A stretch of DNA of 64,000 bases from Saccostrea cucullata (Eukaryota), in contig NW_026932596.1 in NCBI RefSeq assembly GCF_032062105.1, forward strand, positions 124,001-188,000. The letters run 5' to 3'. Positions 1 through 13,400 of the stretch are shown here, in pieces. The position numbers and the translations under genes are program-made. Within the stretch, counting starts at the first letter, position 1. Each line of letters opens with the position of its first letter. The notes below the pieces were generated by a model. That model was not told where the DNA came from, ran no database searches, and was given only the letters and a program-made list of their open reading frames with translations.

Positions 1-52
1 ACAGTTCGGATAAGGCTATTTAGGACATGGGTACATACCTTCCTAGAATTTC

Positions 53-148
53 CAAGATTTGAAGCCCTTCACCGGCATACGGTGACGTCTCCATAAGAGT
101 GAAAAATTCTCGAGAGGGACGTTAAACAATATACAATCAATCAATCAA
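53..148 (+). mobile_element. 5'-truncated SINE tail (same family as 55552-55894)
   Basis: ttgaagcccttcaccggcat...gacgtctccat...gtgaaaaattctc...aaacaatatac(aatc)n matches the 3' end of the full SINE; flanked by tcctagaatttc (41-52) / tcctaggatttc (149-160), a probable TSD. Confidence 0.8.
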
Positions 149-585
149 TCCTAGGATTTCAGTATTCAATTTAAAAGCAATATTATCCACTGCTTTCTAC
201 ATTTTGTTGAAAATCGTCGGTTTTTAAGAATCTTATTTGATCTGATTTCGCAACGCGTAGTATTTACCTCGGGAAAATTTAAAACAAAGAATACAATTCC
301 TCATATAATGAAATTTAAGAATATTTCTAAAATCGACCATACTCTTCATGCTGTAAATAATATTCTGCAAAATTAAAAAAAAAAATAAATAAATGATTCA
401 GTATGATGTCTTTATCTTTAAGAAAAACAAAACATGATCATTTGTTGTTTAAGAATATTGTAAAGGTTTTGAGTTATGCAACAACATTGTGTATACATGT
501 AGTATTTCATTTTTTCCGAAGAAGCCTTTCAGAACAATATCTAACACAATTACATAATTATATCAACAAGATATATAAAATATTA

Positions 586-1130
586 TTGGAGTTCCAATGG
601 GTACCAATTACGACCTGCAGACTATTTTTTTTATTTATATTTAGAAGAATTAATATAATAAATGCAAAACCTATGTGATAAAAGAAGAAAACACTTGATG
701 TGGCCTTGAACTCGACACTTAGAAATATCGACGACTGTATTGTCAAATAACAATGGTAATTTCCATTCTTATATCAATAAGATATTTCCCAGTGAAGTTG
801 AGATAAAGGATACCGCAGAGTCTGACACATCTTATTCATATTTCGATATTTTACTTAAAAAACGTTTTTGGTATCAACCAATCTCTATAATAAACGTGAT
901 TCATTTTTCTACTGTAAACTTTTCATTTTGTAGAAATTTATAACCTCATACGGAATTTTATATCTCGGTTCATTCGACGCACGCAAGAGCGTAAAATGCT
1001 GATTATTGTTACTCCAATATTTATACACTGAATTGACAACGATTTTTTTCGTTATATCCCGATCATAACAAGAAGCACATAGCGGGTGTTACCGGTCGGC
1101 AGGAGATGCTCATTATTTTTTCCTGATCTA
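586..1130 (+). mobile_element. Degenerate Penelope-like retroelement RT fragment and 3' region
   Basis: Remnant translations GVPMGTN, (R)NIDD, IFPSEVEIKDTAESDTSYSYFDILL and VNFSF resemble Penelope-type RT; followed by the family motif ggtgttaccggtcggcaggagatgctc. Confidence 0.65.
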
Positions 1131-1292
1131 ATATTTAAATACCATATCATGTTTATGTCATCCGATGGATAAGGAGCACAAGAACATATCAATATAACAA
1201 TTTTATAATCAGAGAGAGAGAGAGAGAGTGGGGGGGGGGAGGAGGTTCTAAATTTGAACGGGAATTCAGTAAATTTGATATCACAATATAAC

Positions 1293-1438
1293 CTGCAGTG
1301 CACCAATGTATATTTTCCAGTTTGGGGTGACGTTTTCATTACGTGACGATGGAACACAACAAGATTGAGTGGATCAGGAACCCCATGGTCTGGCCATCTT
1401 GTGTAATGAAACATCAACACCTCACGGTCTTTTCGTTC
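1293..1438 (-). CDS. RPTP exon 18 (WPD loop and catalytic VHC)
   Basis: REVLMFHYTRWPDHGVPDPLNLVVFHRHV...TLVHC(S), phase-2 donor; the AGxGRTG exon is expected outside the window. Confidence 0.93.
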
Positions 1439-4400
1439 CTTTAATCAAGAAATAAAAATGTTATTTTTTTTTTCTTTTTGCTGGTTCATTTGTGTGGATC
1501 ATAATTGCATTCTTTTTGTTATTGCATACAAATGGTACCTTTAATCTAATTCAGTTTGCTAGCTTTATATACATTGATAACTGTGATAAAATGATTTTAA
1601 AAAACGCTTTTTTTATGTATATATTTAAAAATGCAATTCAAAAGCGAACATAAAGAAAACTAAAAAGACTATGAATGTCATTTAAAGAAAATATTTATCC
1701 CCTAACAATCCAAGTATTCGTGATATTTTTTTCTTTCTCCCAGTTGGTGATATTCAATTATAAATTATTTTTTTTAAATCCTTCATAGATGTTTATTACA
1801 AATTTTCAAATTTCATCAAAACAGGTTTTTGTCTTTCTCTTGGTGGAAGGGAAAGTCTGGGATTTTTTGTATTACTAAAAAATACATGTATATACAACCA
1901 GAACAGAACAGATACGATATTTCATATTATTCTCATTGAGATTGAAAAAGGTCTTAAGGTCAAACGCAACGTAGTTTGAATTTTGTTGTCCTTTTCCATG
2001 GAGTTGAAGAGTTCCAAATCTTGAAAGAACTGTGTGTTATATTTTAACTTCTATATATGGTGTTGTACACTACTTCTATAACAATTTTGGATAAAAGAAA
2101 CATCTTGAATATATGTTTAGTATTTTTTTTTTTATATATTTTTCCTTTTATTATCCAAAAATTTTCATTAAATAATATCTTTCAAAACCCCTGGTTATGC
2201 AGGCTGATTTTTTGTCTATGAACATCTGATGACACTATAATCTTAAATTAAGAATATCTTTAAAAATTATCAGTAGGTAAGGTACATGTATGTTGCGTAT
2301 GTCCTTAAAAAAAGAAAAGAGTCGGCTTCAGGTAGAGTAGTATACATCTGACAGTTCATTATCAAAAACTTTTATTCAGACTTTTAGTATCAGAAATATG
2401 TCTAAACACTTCAAACTCTTCGTGTTTCTTAGCCATGGTTGATTGTTTGAAAATAAAATACTTTAGCTAACTAGATACTGGCATGAATGTCATTCTTAGA
2501 TCAGGAAAATTTGATTTTGAAATGTTATTTCACTTTTTGTGACATTGAACAACATTCATGTTGACCCAAATAAATATTGATTGAATGTTTTTATCAAATC
2601 ATATTTAAGAGTGATGTCTTAATGAGTATGACGTAACAATTCTTTTTTTTAAAGAGGGGTTACTCAAAAAGAAAAGATTTTTATGATATCGTTTAATTAA
2701 GAAACAGAAAATAATGACATTTTCTTCAATGCAGTCCCTAAAAATTACTGTTGATTCCTTATTTTTCGCAACTACTTATTATCGCGAATGGGCTCTTTTA
2801 CGGCAAATCGCGCGAATAATAATCGCGAATGAATGGTTGATCAAGAGATTTTACATATATTTCAGCATCATAAAAATAAAGGCGGGTAATGTTATTTCGC
2901 GTGTTGCGCTTCTTGCGAAATCACGATATAATTCATTTCACGCGTTTATATTGGAATCTACAGTAGTACTGTTATGTAAGGTCTTTTTAACTTAAAATAA
3001 ACACATTTCTATTTAATCTCTTACGCGTTGCATACAGCTGTATTTAGCCTATATAAAGAAGGGATTCATTTTTCAAAACACACATACATGTATTTTATAA
3101 AGTATTTTAACAATATGTTTCGTAATTGAAAGTTTCATTATTCTCAAATGACATGTTAATCAACATAAGTCAATCAAACAATCAATCATACAATTAAGCA
3201 TTCAATTTAGAGGTTTAATGCTTGTATTTATTGTGCTTTCAAGGTTCAATCACTTGTAGTGCTGAATAAAGATTAAATATTGAAAAATATGCTAGACTAG
3301 CTGCTTAAAATCCTAAATATTGGTCAATTCTATGAGTTTATAGATTTAGATACCCCTAGCTGCTCCGACGTAGAAGTCAGAAAAAATTAATAAATAAAGT
3401 CAATAATTTAACTTTTTGCATCCTTAGGATCTTCCATACATGTGCCTAAAATTACGACTGCATTAAACAAACGTTAAATTCACCTTTTGGAACTGATATG
3501 TATCATTTATTAAAAGCAAATAAAATATAAGCATTGTTTTATTATCTATAGTTGTCTTATTGGAATCGCTAATATTTGGAGAAAAAAATGTATGCATACA
3601 CTGATCGATTAACATTTCATCAAATAAAAAATAAACATGAGCATGCGCATTTATTGTAAAATGGCATCTTCCCTTCCAAATGGAGTATATAAGACCTGTG
3701 CCCGCGTGGATATCATTTTTGGACCGGTCTTTTACGGCGTAATGTCGATAATTCAATTAATCGCTTTCTTATATTCTTATTGTGCTAAAGTCATCGCAAC
3801 AAGTTATATAAACATAACGGATTTTGGGGGGAAAAAGTGGAAATTTGTCTTGATGCATTTCTCAACGTTATAATAGGTACAATGAAATCCAATTAAAAAT
3901 CTACGGATATTATAAACAATCTTTATGGAGGACTTACATTGTTCAAAGATTGAAAATATTCCAGATAAGTATCTTGATTCTAGTTTTGCTCGAGAAAGAT
4001 CATACTTTTTTTTTATTTTATCTCCTTGCTTTAAACATAAAATGTCATCCAAATTTCTTCTTTTGTGTGTGTGTTCCTTATAATCAGAATATTTGTATTT
4101 CGAAATGAACTTTGATATTATTTTTAGATGTTCATGGTGTGTTACAGCAAAAGTAGTACTTTTGATCTGGCCAGGAATGATACTGTTTCACAGACCTGTT
4201 TATAAGGATGCATTAGCTACATTTTCAGTAAAAATCAGTTCCTCGATGAAAGAAAATTCAGAAATACACTGCTTATATGGCTCACAATATTGTACAAAGT
4301 ACATTTATATTTGATCGAACCATTTGTATGTATTTTTGTGTGTGTGTTTGTTTGTTTGTTTGTTTTTTTTTAGGGGGGGGGATTTTATTTGATTATACTT

Positions 4401-7400
4401 CGAGACTATTTTTTGAATTAACACAAAAATATATATAGCACAGCAATGAATAAAAGCACAAGTTGTTTTGCAAAACACTTAAACCCCAAATGTTTGATTT
4501 TTTGGAAGATTGAAATTTCAAAGTAAAAGTCAAACTCCAATGTCAAGGGATAAGAAAGGGATACTCAAGAAAAAGGACATGTTCTCAATAATATTTGATG
4601 CCCCCACTTCATAATTTAAATTGGTTATTGGCTATCATGATACACGACTCCTTCTTACCATGTTGTTGTACACTTTAAATCGTCTTGATGTGTAATTGGC
4701 GTATACCTTTTCTCCAAGATTTCTGATTATAAAATTACCATGCTGCATTTTGTCGTTAAGATTTGGCCAATATTGAGTACATTTAATCTACAAAATAATA
4801 ATATTATACATGTACTTAACTACAACCATTTCCCTTAAACTACCATGGAAAAATGACGATGACTCTGAATCAAAGAGTATATTGATGCTGTAAAAATAAA
4901 TTATGAGGTAAATTGTAGCTAAACATAAATCAAAATCATTCCTACTACACATATGCATAGTTGTTTTTCAATTATGTTTAAAATGATGGATAAGTTGTTA
5001 CCAAAACTTTACTTCAAGGATGTGATATGAGAAATACATATCACTTAAATTTACATGTTGTTTTCTTTGACTACATTTCTATATTGCGTGTATGATTTTT
5101 TTTCTTTGTAAAAGATTCCTCCTTATCTTTTTTGAATGAATTCTCCATTGACAGTTTTCATTGTTAAAACGCATTATCTAATTATAGGTTAGCCAATGAC
5201 ACTCTGTCTTGAGGTGCACACCGAAACGTTTTTGTACTAGCACCTTAAACATCAAACCACTTAAAATACTGTTACGGATAAATGACATGGAAAAGTATTT
5301 TTCTTTTTTACCAAAATTGAAGTGACAGTCATAAGGCAGAGTTTTGTATTCACACACAGAACCGGAAGTTATCTAGATTACTTCAACAAAAGCAGTATAT
5401 ACTATGAACTGTGAATATTTGTGCATTCATTTTTATTTATCAGCAAACCTTTGTCCCTTCTTTAAGATTGGTCAGACAGACAATAGTGTTCACACATTCT
5501 TGCCAAATCATTCTCCAAAAGTCCACCACTGTTTTTGGTTTTGGGCCTAGAACATTAATTAGTCTATTTGAAATAGCAACATCACAAAAATCTCTCACAA
5601 GTAGAACAAAATGTAATCTTTGTTTTTAAACTGTGATTTTAGAAAAAAAAAACATTTATTAGTTTTTATTTTGTGATTTATCAATATATTTAGATTAGAT
5701 TGTGAATAAACAAATATAATCGCACAAGGAAATAAAGTTACCTTGAGTTGCAATATACTTTCGATTACTCTGAGTGTCCTATGGACGTAGAAATCAATAA
5801 ATATACAAAATTAACTAAAACGTCTAAAGTTATTAAAGTCAAATCATCTCAAGTAGATACTTTTTAGGATTTATTGAGATATACGGTAAAAGCATTGTGA
5901 ATAGGAAAATGAAAAGATTGATTGGTTATAATGTTTCGTGGTAAAACAATGTTGGATTGCTAGATTGAACCATTTAAAAAATGATTCTTTTTTCTTTTTT
6001 AACAGTTTGATATCGAACTTAAAGTAGCATTGAATCTAATGATACTTCCCTCGATATAATTTGCATTGATGTAGTCATTTTCATTAGGAGAATTGGTTTT
6101 CAGTACAGCTCGAGAGTGGTTATCTATGAATATATATATAAAGAAGTTAATTTATCTTTCAATAAACATTTAACTAACAAAACATCAGAATTTTTTTTAC
6201 AGATGCACAATGTGTTTTAAATGTTATTCTTACACGGAAATGTTGTTGTATATCTATTTTTAGGTTTATTTTCAGGCTTCTTAGCTTCGTCACAGGGAAA
6301 CAATTCTCCTCTAGGAATTTCCTATTAAATTCAAGAAAGTGTTAAGGCATGTCAAAGAGTGTCTTAATTTCTGTCATAAGATATGCTCAAAAATGTCATT
6401 CACTCATTTGATTCATTGAATGACATATACATACCAAAGATATATTTAACTTACCAAATTTAAATGATTAGATATTGCATTATTTTATGTATCATACATG
6501 ATATTCGTGTTTGAATCCAGCGTTTTCAGCAGCAGACATTTTGGCTATGATTGCCTGTAGATTTCTTGTAAGAACGGTTTTGTTTGTAGGGGGACCTCTC
6601 TTAGCTTTCTCTTCAACATTATGTAATTGATGATTATTTTGTTCTTTTCTTTTCTTTGACGGAAGTGCTAAAAAAATTGTAATTTTAATAAATAAATTTA
6701 GCTTGCACTGAAGGAAAACGAACCTTTCCTAAATAAAAAGTATCGTGCTTACATGTAACTATAATTCACTTTTACAGTAAACAGTAGTTAACTACAGTAG
6801 ATCAAACTTTTCATTATAGTAAATCGTAGTATATTCATTATGAAATTCAGATATATTTAATTTTTTGAAATCCTTAAAGCTATTTCCTGATGTCTAAAAT
6901 AACCTGTACATTAAAGTTTAGGTATCCCCCCCCCCCCCAAAAAAAAAAAAAATAATAATCATTAAGATGTAATTTAGGTCATATTACGGTTATAAATCTT
7001 CAAAAAAAAATCTAGAGCAAAATTTCACGGTGAGTTTTGCACAGTATTGAGCACAAGTGAACTAAGGTATTTTTGTTACGGTTTGTGGTTTTTTTTTAAT
7101 TGGTGTAAAAAGTGTGCATACTTTTGCACCCAAATCAACATTTTAAGGGATTCATAAATCAAAAGTTAAAAGGAAATACCTTTGTCTTACATTTCAATTG
7201 CAAAACGCATTGTTATTGGGCAAGAACCGTGATTTTTTTGCCTACATTTATTTTTTTTTCAAGGATTTTGCTATTTTATTCTTTTTCAAGCCGAATGTTA
7301 GAGGGACGGAAAGTCAAAATCAAAACATTTTTAAAAAGAAGTTTTATTCATTTATCTTAAAAAAGAAACATATGAAAAAAAAGTATTTCTATGAATATAT

Positions 7401-10400
7401 ACAAAGTTAAACCTTTACCTTCCGCTTGTTGTTTCTGGGATGCTACAGGTGACATTTGTATAGATACAGAGGCTCTACTTGTTTCCTTGTGTATTCTTCG
7501 TCGTAATCTATAATAATTGGTCACAGAATGTCCCATCTTTAAAATCATAAATTTTAGATAAATTGCATTTAATTTGTATCATTTTTGTCTTGCAAATTTT
7601 GAATTACTCTTTAGAAAAATCCATGAAGATTCCAGAGAAAAAATAAATTACCGCATAAATAGAGCAAGCAATGCCAGAAGGATAATCACAAAGGTAAATG
7701 CACCTAAAACTGCGCCAATTGTAAGTGGTTGAGCAGACGAACTTTGAGATTGAAGACGAAAAGTTCCACCTCCTTGAAAATGATATGAAAGATATGAAAC
7801 AATGCTAATGAATGAAATGCAATGGAAAATCATTTTACAAATCGATAATAATTTGCAAAATATATGCCAAGTTTCTGTGGTGTAGTCTTAAGAATTCATA
7901 TGCACATGAATAATCTTTTTTTTTTGCTAATTACCAGAGATAAATTCCTGTGTTTTGACTCACCTTGATCACAAATATCACCGTAGAATGTTCCTTTACA
8001 TCCCTGAGTACAGCTACCGTTAAATCTATCGCAGGTCCCGTTCACACAATTTGAACTACATGAATGAATGCAATCTTCTCCATATTTGTTGTCAGGGCAT
8101 TCTAATGTTATAATGTTTCGTTTTATTTTTTTTTAATGAACCATAATGTAATAAGTCATCAACTGAATACAGTACTTGCATAACAACAATCAATTATTAT
8201 CATTTCAGATATGTTAAGCTGTTTGTGAAATATCTTTAAAACCAGCATATTTATCCCATAGAAGATATGAAAAAAATAAAGCTTCCGATTCTGTGTTCAA
8301 AAAAACTTAATTTTATGACTGTTTTTTTTTAAATATAAGTGGAAAATACATATTATTGTACAGAAGGTATTGAAACAAACTGTTCTGCTAGTGTTTTCGC
8401 AAAATAAGTTAGAAAGACAATCTAGAGGAATATGTTTAGGTATTTTTCGAAATTCACAACATTGCATTATAAAACAGTGTTAAATGTACCAGAAATAAGT
8501 ATGTAAATATACTTGTGTTGCAATTAGGAGAATCCATCCAACCAAGACTGCATGTACAAAAACCATCAGTATGTCTGCATGTACCCGCGCATTTTAAAGA
8601 ACATAAACTGGAACAATTTTTACCGTAGTGTTTGAGAGAACAGGCTAAAATATAGGATAAAATTGAAAATGTCTCTCTGTATTGAATCAGCATTTGTAAA
8701 TATTTCTAAATAATTAAAAGTGAACATTTGTTTTCTAAAGGGTGTTAAGAGACTTCATTCCACATTTTTCTTATATTTTCAAAAAGAAATACGATGAGAA
8801 GATGTTCACATTTCGTGATATTTCATGTTTACAGAATTCATTTTTGCTACTGATAAGGTTTTAATTGCCTTTTGTTGAATCAATAAAGGGGAGGCAAATG
8901 TTAAAACTTATGCTGTCTATGCAGAATATATTAGAAATGACGCATATATGAGTGATACGTATAAAGCACACAGGTCGAAACATTCCTTCAAATACTTGCA
9001 AAATTTATCAAGTCGGTGAAAAATTTCTAAAGGGCGAACCTATTCTTCTAATAAGTGATCTGTTGTTCTTATACCTACGTTCAGCAGCTTGTACGATGCA
9101 ATATAAACTATGAAGAAAAAAGATTTTAAAATTCACCTCTATAGTTTAGCACTACTTTGAAAGTTTTGAAAATATTTATCATGTGACAGACTTTCTTAAC
9201 ACCCTTAATATAGTTTGATTATTAGAGTTGCCATAGATTACGTGTGGTACAATTTTGTCCGGTATACCCGTTGGCACATCCATGAGGACAAATTCCGTTT
9301 AGGTAATTACAAACAGCCTTATCAGCACAGTGTCCACTACAGCTCTCTTTACAGCCCTCTCCAAACCACCCAGGTGTACATTCTGTGTATGTAAGCAAAA
9401 AATGAGAGACAAATGCATTCTGGTATATACCGGTAGTTCATAATAATTTCTACACATCATGGTTCAACTTTTCAGAGTTTTAAAAAACGACACATACAAG
9501 TTTTAATTCATGAGCATCACAGTTCTATTTTGTACACTCTATGAAAGTTATTGTTAAAACTTACCATTTTGACATAAATCCCCAGTATATCCAACACTAC
9601 ATCCGGAGTCACAGTGCCCAGTTTCCTTGTTACAAGGTTTGTCATATAAGCAATGTCCACTGCAGGTGGAAGAACAATTCAAGCCATACCGTCCCTTGTC
9701 ACAAGCTGTTTTTGAAAAATATGGTGCAGCTAAATCTTGTCATAACATTTAATTTTATATGTTAATAATATATTTATATATGTATATATTTACATTCAAT
9801 ATATATTTTGCTTAAAAAGTGTTAGGATAGCTACGGCATTCAAAACAACATAACACAGACAAGGGATCAAAAGGCTTAAGTAGGTATTTAACTTTGACGT
9901 TGTAAACGTTAAATGCCGTTGGAAGTGCAACGTCATAAAATGTGTAAGCCAAATCAAAATCCATGCGCGCATTGGACATAGGATGTTTCAACTACTCTTC
10001 CATTAATTATACCTTAACCAAGGAATAATACACTGATTTTAAATGGTAAAGCTTACTTCCAGTCAAGGAAAGAATTAACAAAACTAATGTAAATAAAAGC
10101 ATTGAATCATTATCTTTTCTTGCAATATATTGTCACATAACTTCAACGGAATGAGCAAACAAAGTTTTATTACGCACTAACGCGCAATTTTTTGCAATTT
10201 GTTTTTTCACACCGTTGCAGTTATGGAGAATTCATACTGTGAAAAAAAAATGATTCTATGCATAAATGGTTTTTATATTAAAACATCTAAATGAACTTTT
10301 CTTGCAGAATACATTTTTTACATTAGTATCACTTAAAAAAATCATGTGATTCTTAAATTAAAGATTTAGATTAGTTACTGTGGAATTATTCTAATATGTT

Positions 10401-13400
10401 GGAGTCAATGTCTGCTAGTAAGCAGATGGGACGTGCTTTCGTTAGTTACACGTAAATACGATGGTTCAATGAATCAATATGTTAAAAAAAAAAATTCGTG
10501 ATTTTATTCCAAGATATCAAATAAATTCAACAAAATTGAAACTATTTTAGAGTGTCTTTACCATGTATTTGATAATACATGTACATAAAACATATGGAAA
10601 TAACGAACAGTATTCAAGATCCAAAGTCCATTAAACAATACAAAACAGGAGAGGAGCAAACACGCACCACCAAAACATCAGATGTAGAATCAAGTGCAGT
10701 GGAGAGTGAGCATCCCCTGCCGACGGTCGCACCCGCCGTGTGCTCCTTGTCATGATCGGGAAATAATTGAACCAGAGGTCTCTGTCGAGACTGTAACTCT
10801 ACTGGTTTAAACTTACAAAAAAGGAAGAAAAAAGTAGTAGTTGGGACATAAACATTACAAAAGCAACAATTAGAGAATACTTATTCTTGATTAGGTCTCT
10901 TTTTGGCAAGATTACGATAACACGACGAATGTAGAAGAAGCTTTTAATCAAATTTTACAGAATTCTCAATTTAGTTACCATGGCAACATTGTTCATCAAA
11001 ATAAAAAAATACATAATTGATAATAATGTATCTAAGTGTAGAATACTTGCATATCAAATTATATGACGGCAACATCGTTCGTGAAAATAAAAGAAATTGA
11101 TACACATAATTATGTGCCTTTGTGTAGTCTACTTGTGTGCCAAATTATATTGAAATCAGACCAAAACTGTAAGAGTAGCATTTTAAAAGTTTTTCACAGA
11201 AATAACTGTTTTTAGTAACCACAGCAACATCGTTCATCGAATTAAAAACCGATATACAGAAAGATGTATCTTAGTGTAGTCTATTTGTGTGCAATTTTAT
11301 ATTGAAATCAGACGAAAATCAAGGAGAAGTAGCATTTTAAAAGTATTTCACAGAAATTTCTATTTTAGTAACCACAGCAAAACCATTCATCGAAATAAAA
11401 AATTTACAAAAAGAGTTATATATCTTAGTGTAGCCTACTTTTGTACCCAGTTATATTGAAAGCAGACCAAATATGTAGGAGGAGTAGCATTTTAAAAGTA
11501 TATTTCAGAAATGTCTATTCATAGTAACCACGGCAACACCGTTCATTGAAATAAAAAAACCGAAAAAGATTTTTTTTTTTTAGTGAATTCAACTTGTGTG
11601 CCAAGTTATATTGAAAACAGACCAAAACTGTAGGAGGAGTAGCATTTTAAAAGTATTTCACAGAAAGGAGTATATATGATAAGAGCCAATTTTGGCCCCC
11701 GAAAAATCAACATTTTATAATGACATTCAAATATGTTTAATTGATATTTATTTTGTAGAAGAGATTATATTAGAAATATTTCCAATACATTTTTCACATT
11801 TAAATGCACTCACTAGCTGTAAATAACATGAGAAATAATGCTATTTTTGCTACGCAAGTGAGTTAAGGCTACATATGGAGGTTTCTATGCAAAATATCTA
11901 ATTAAATTCCATAATTGCTCTACCTACTGCATAGAAAATGTCAAGACTTGATTTCTTATACATTCTAGGCACCTACAACATGCAATAGCCAGTACACATT
12001 ATGACGTCATATAATGACGTCATCAAGCTCTACTACACAAGTTTATAAGAAATATCAACAAAATCGCTTCGGCGCAAGGGCATACCTTATTTTGTTTTAA
12101 AGAAGCAATATATAAAAAGACGCAGGATATTCCATGGATATACGATATTGCTGCACAAATGTTGGCACTGCAATTATTTAGTTACTATCCGTGCAGTTTT
12201 AAGTTTAAACAGGGTATAAATTCACAGTCCAGTGTAAGTTTCCTAAACTTTTTATCGATTGAGAAATTTCAAAGGATTTGTGCAGCAATTTTATTATTTT
12301 TTATAATTTTTTCCTTAATATTATACATTGTTCATTTTAAATTATATAGGACATGCCCTTGCGCCAAAGTGATTTTCTTGATATGATTTATTACCTTGAA
12401 TGGGAGAACAATGACGTCATAATATGACGTCACAATGAGCACTTGCATTAATAAACTGTGGGTACTTGGTATGTATAAAAAAATTATTTTGAACTTTCTC
12501 TGTACATAAAATATACAACTTATGATTTTTTATCAGCTCATTTGCATAGAAATATCCATATTTAGCCTTAACTCACTTGCGTATCTAACAAAAAAGCCAA
12601 AAATATGCCTTTTTCTTGATGTTTTTTCCTATGGAAAACATAGAGCGCAGTGTAGAACATACACAATTTTTTTGTCACTAATTAGTATTGGATAGATACA
12701 TTTTTGGTGAAAATATAAATCTTGTTCTAGGCTGTGCTCTATATTTTCTGGAAAAAAAACTGCTTGAAAATAAGCAGTTTTATGCAAAATATGCTAAAAT
12801 GGCGGGAAAACGTTATTTTTATGATGTAATATTTCTGAAATAACAGCATTTTGATCAAAATGGAAATAACCAATAAAGGTTGCATATATAGATGTACAAA
12901 TTAAAGCTACAAATAAAGTAAAATTAAGATATTCATTTTAAGGGGCCAATTGAGACACCATATATCGCTCTTACTTATTGACAACGGATGCATTACTATC
13001 GAATAAGCTCTTCTGGTCTAAGACCAGAAGAGCTAAAAATCCTTGGTCAATTTAGTTAATAAGTGATGGACTAACAATTAGTAAATTGAAAAACGTTTGT
13101 CAGCATTAGACTCAATGATAAACTGTATTTGCTGACAAGGTCATTGTATCGACTATATAACTTACGAAATTATGACTTTGAACGAGATTGCTGATATTTA
13201 TGTTTATTCAACTCGATTTCAATAATTTACATTGTTTTAGAAATTGTTCATACTTAGAGAGTGCTCTTGCGTATCGAATCAACTGAGATACATAAACTCC
13301 GTATGCAGGTGATGAAGGTATATTGATGCATAAGTAACGGATGTTATAAATGTAACGACAGAAAAATAACTGTTAAAATCATCAGGTTTATCATAGAGCT

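Larger units (their letters stand above)
10595..13345 (-). mobile_element. Penelope-like 3' fragment split by a nested HINE
   Basis: 10595-10770 carries ggagagtgagcatcccctgccgacggtcgcacccgccgtg; 13040-13345 continues it and encodes (minus) LCINIPSSPAYGVYVSQLIRYARA. Confidence 0.65.

Noticed and set aside
10960-11665. Regularly spaced repeats that could suggest a CRISPR array
   Set aside because: The units are whole ~160-bp diverged satellite monomers without unique spacers, in a eukaryotic context with no cas genes.
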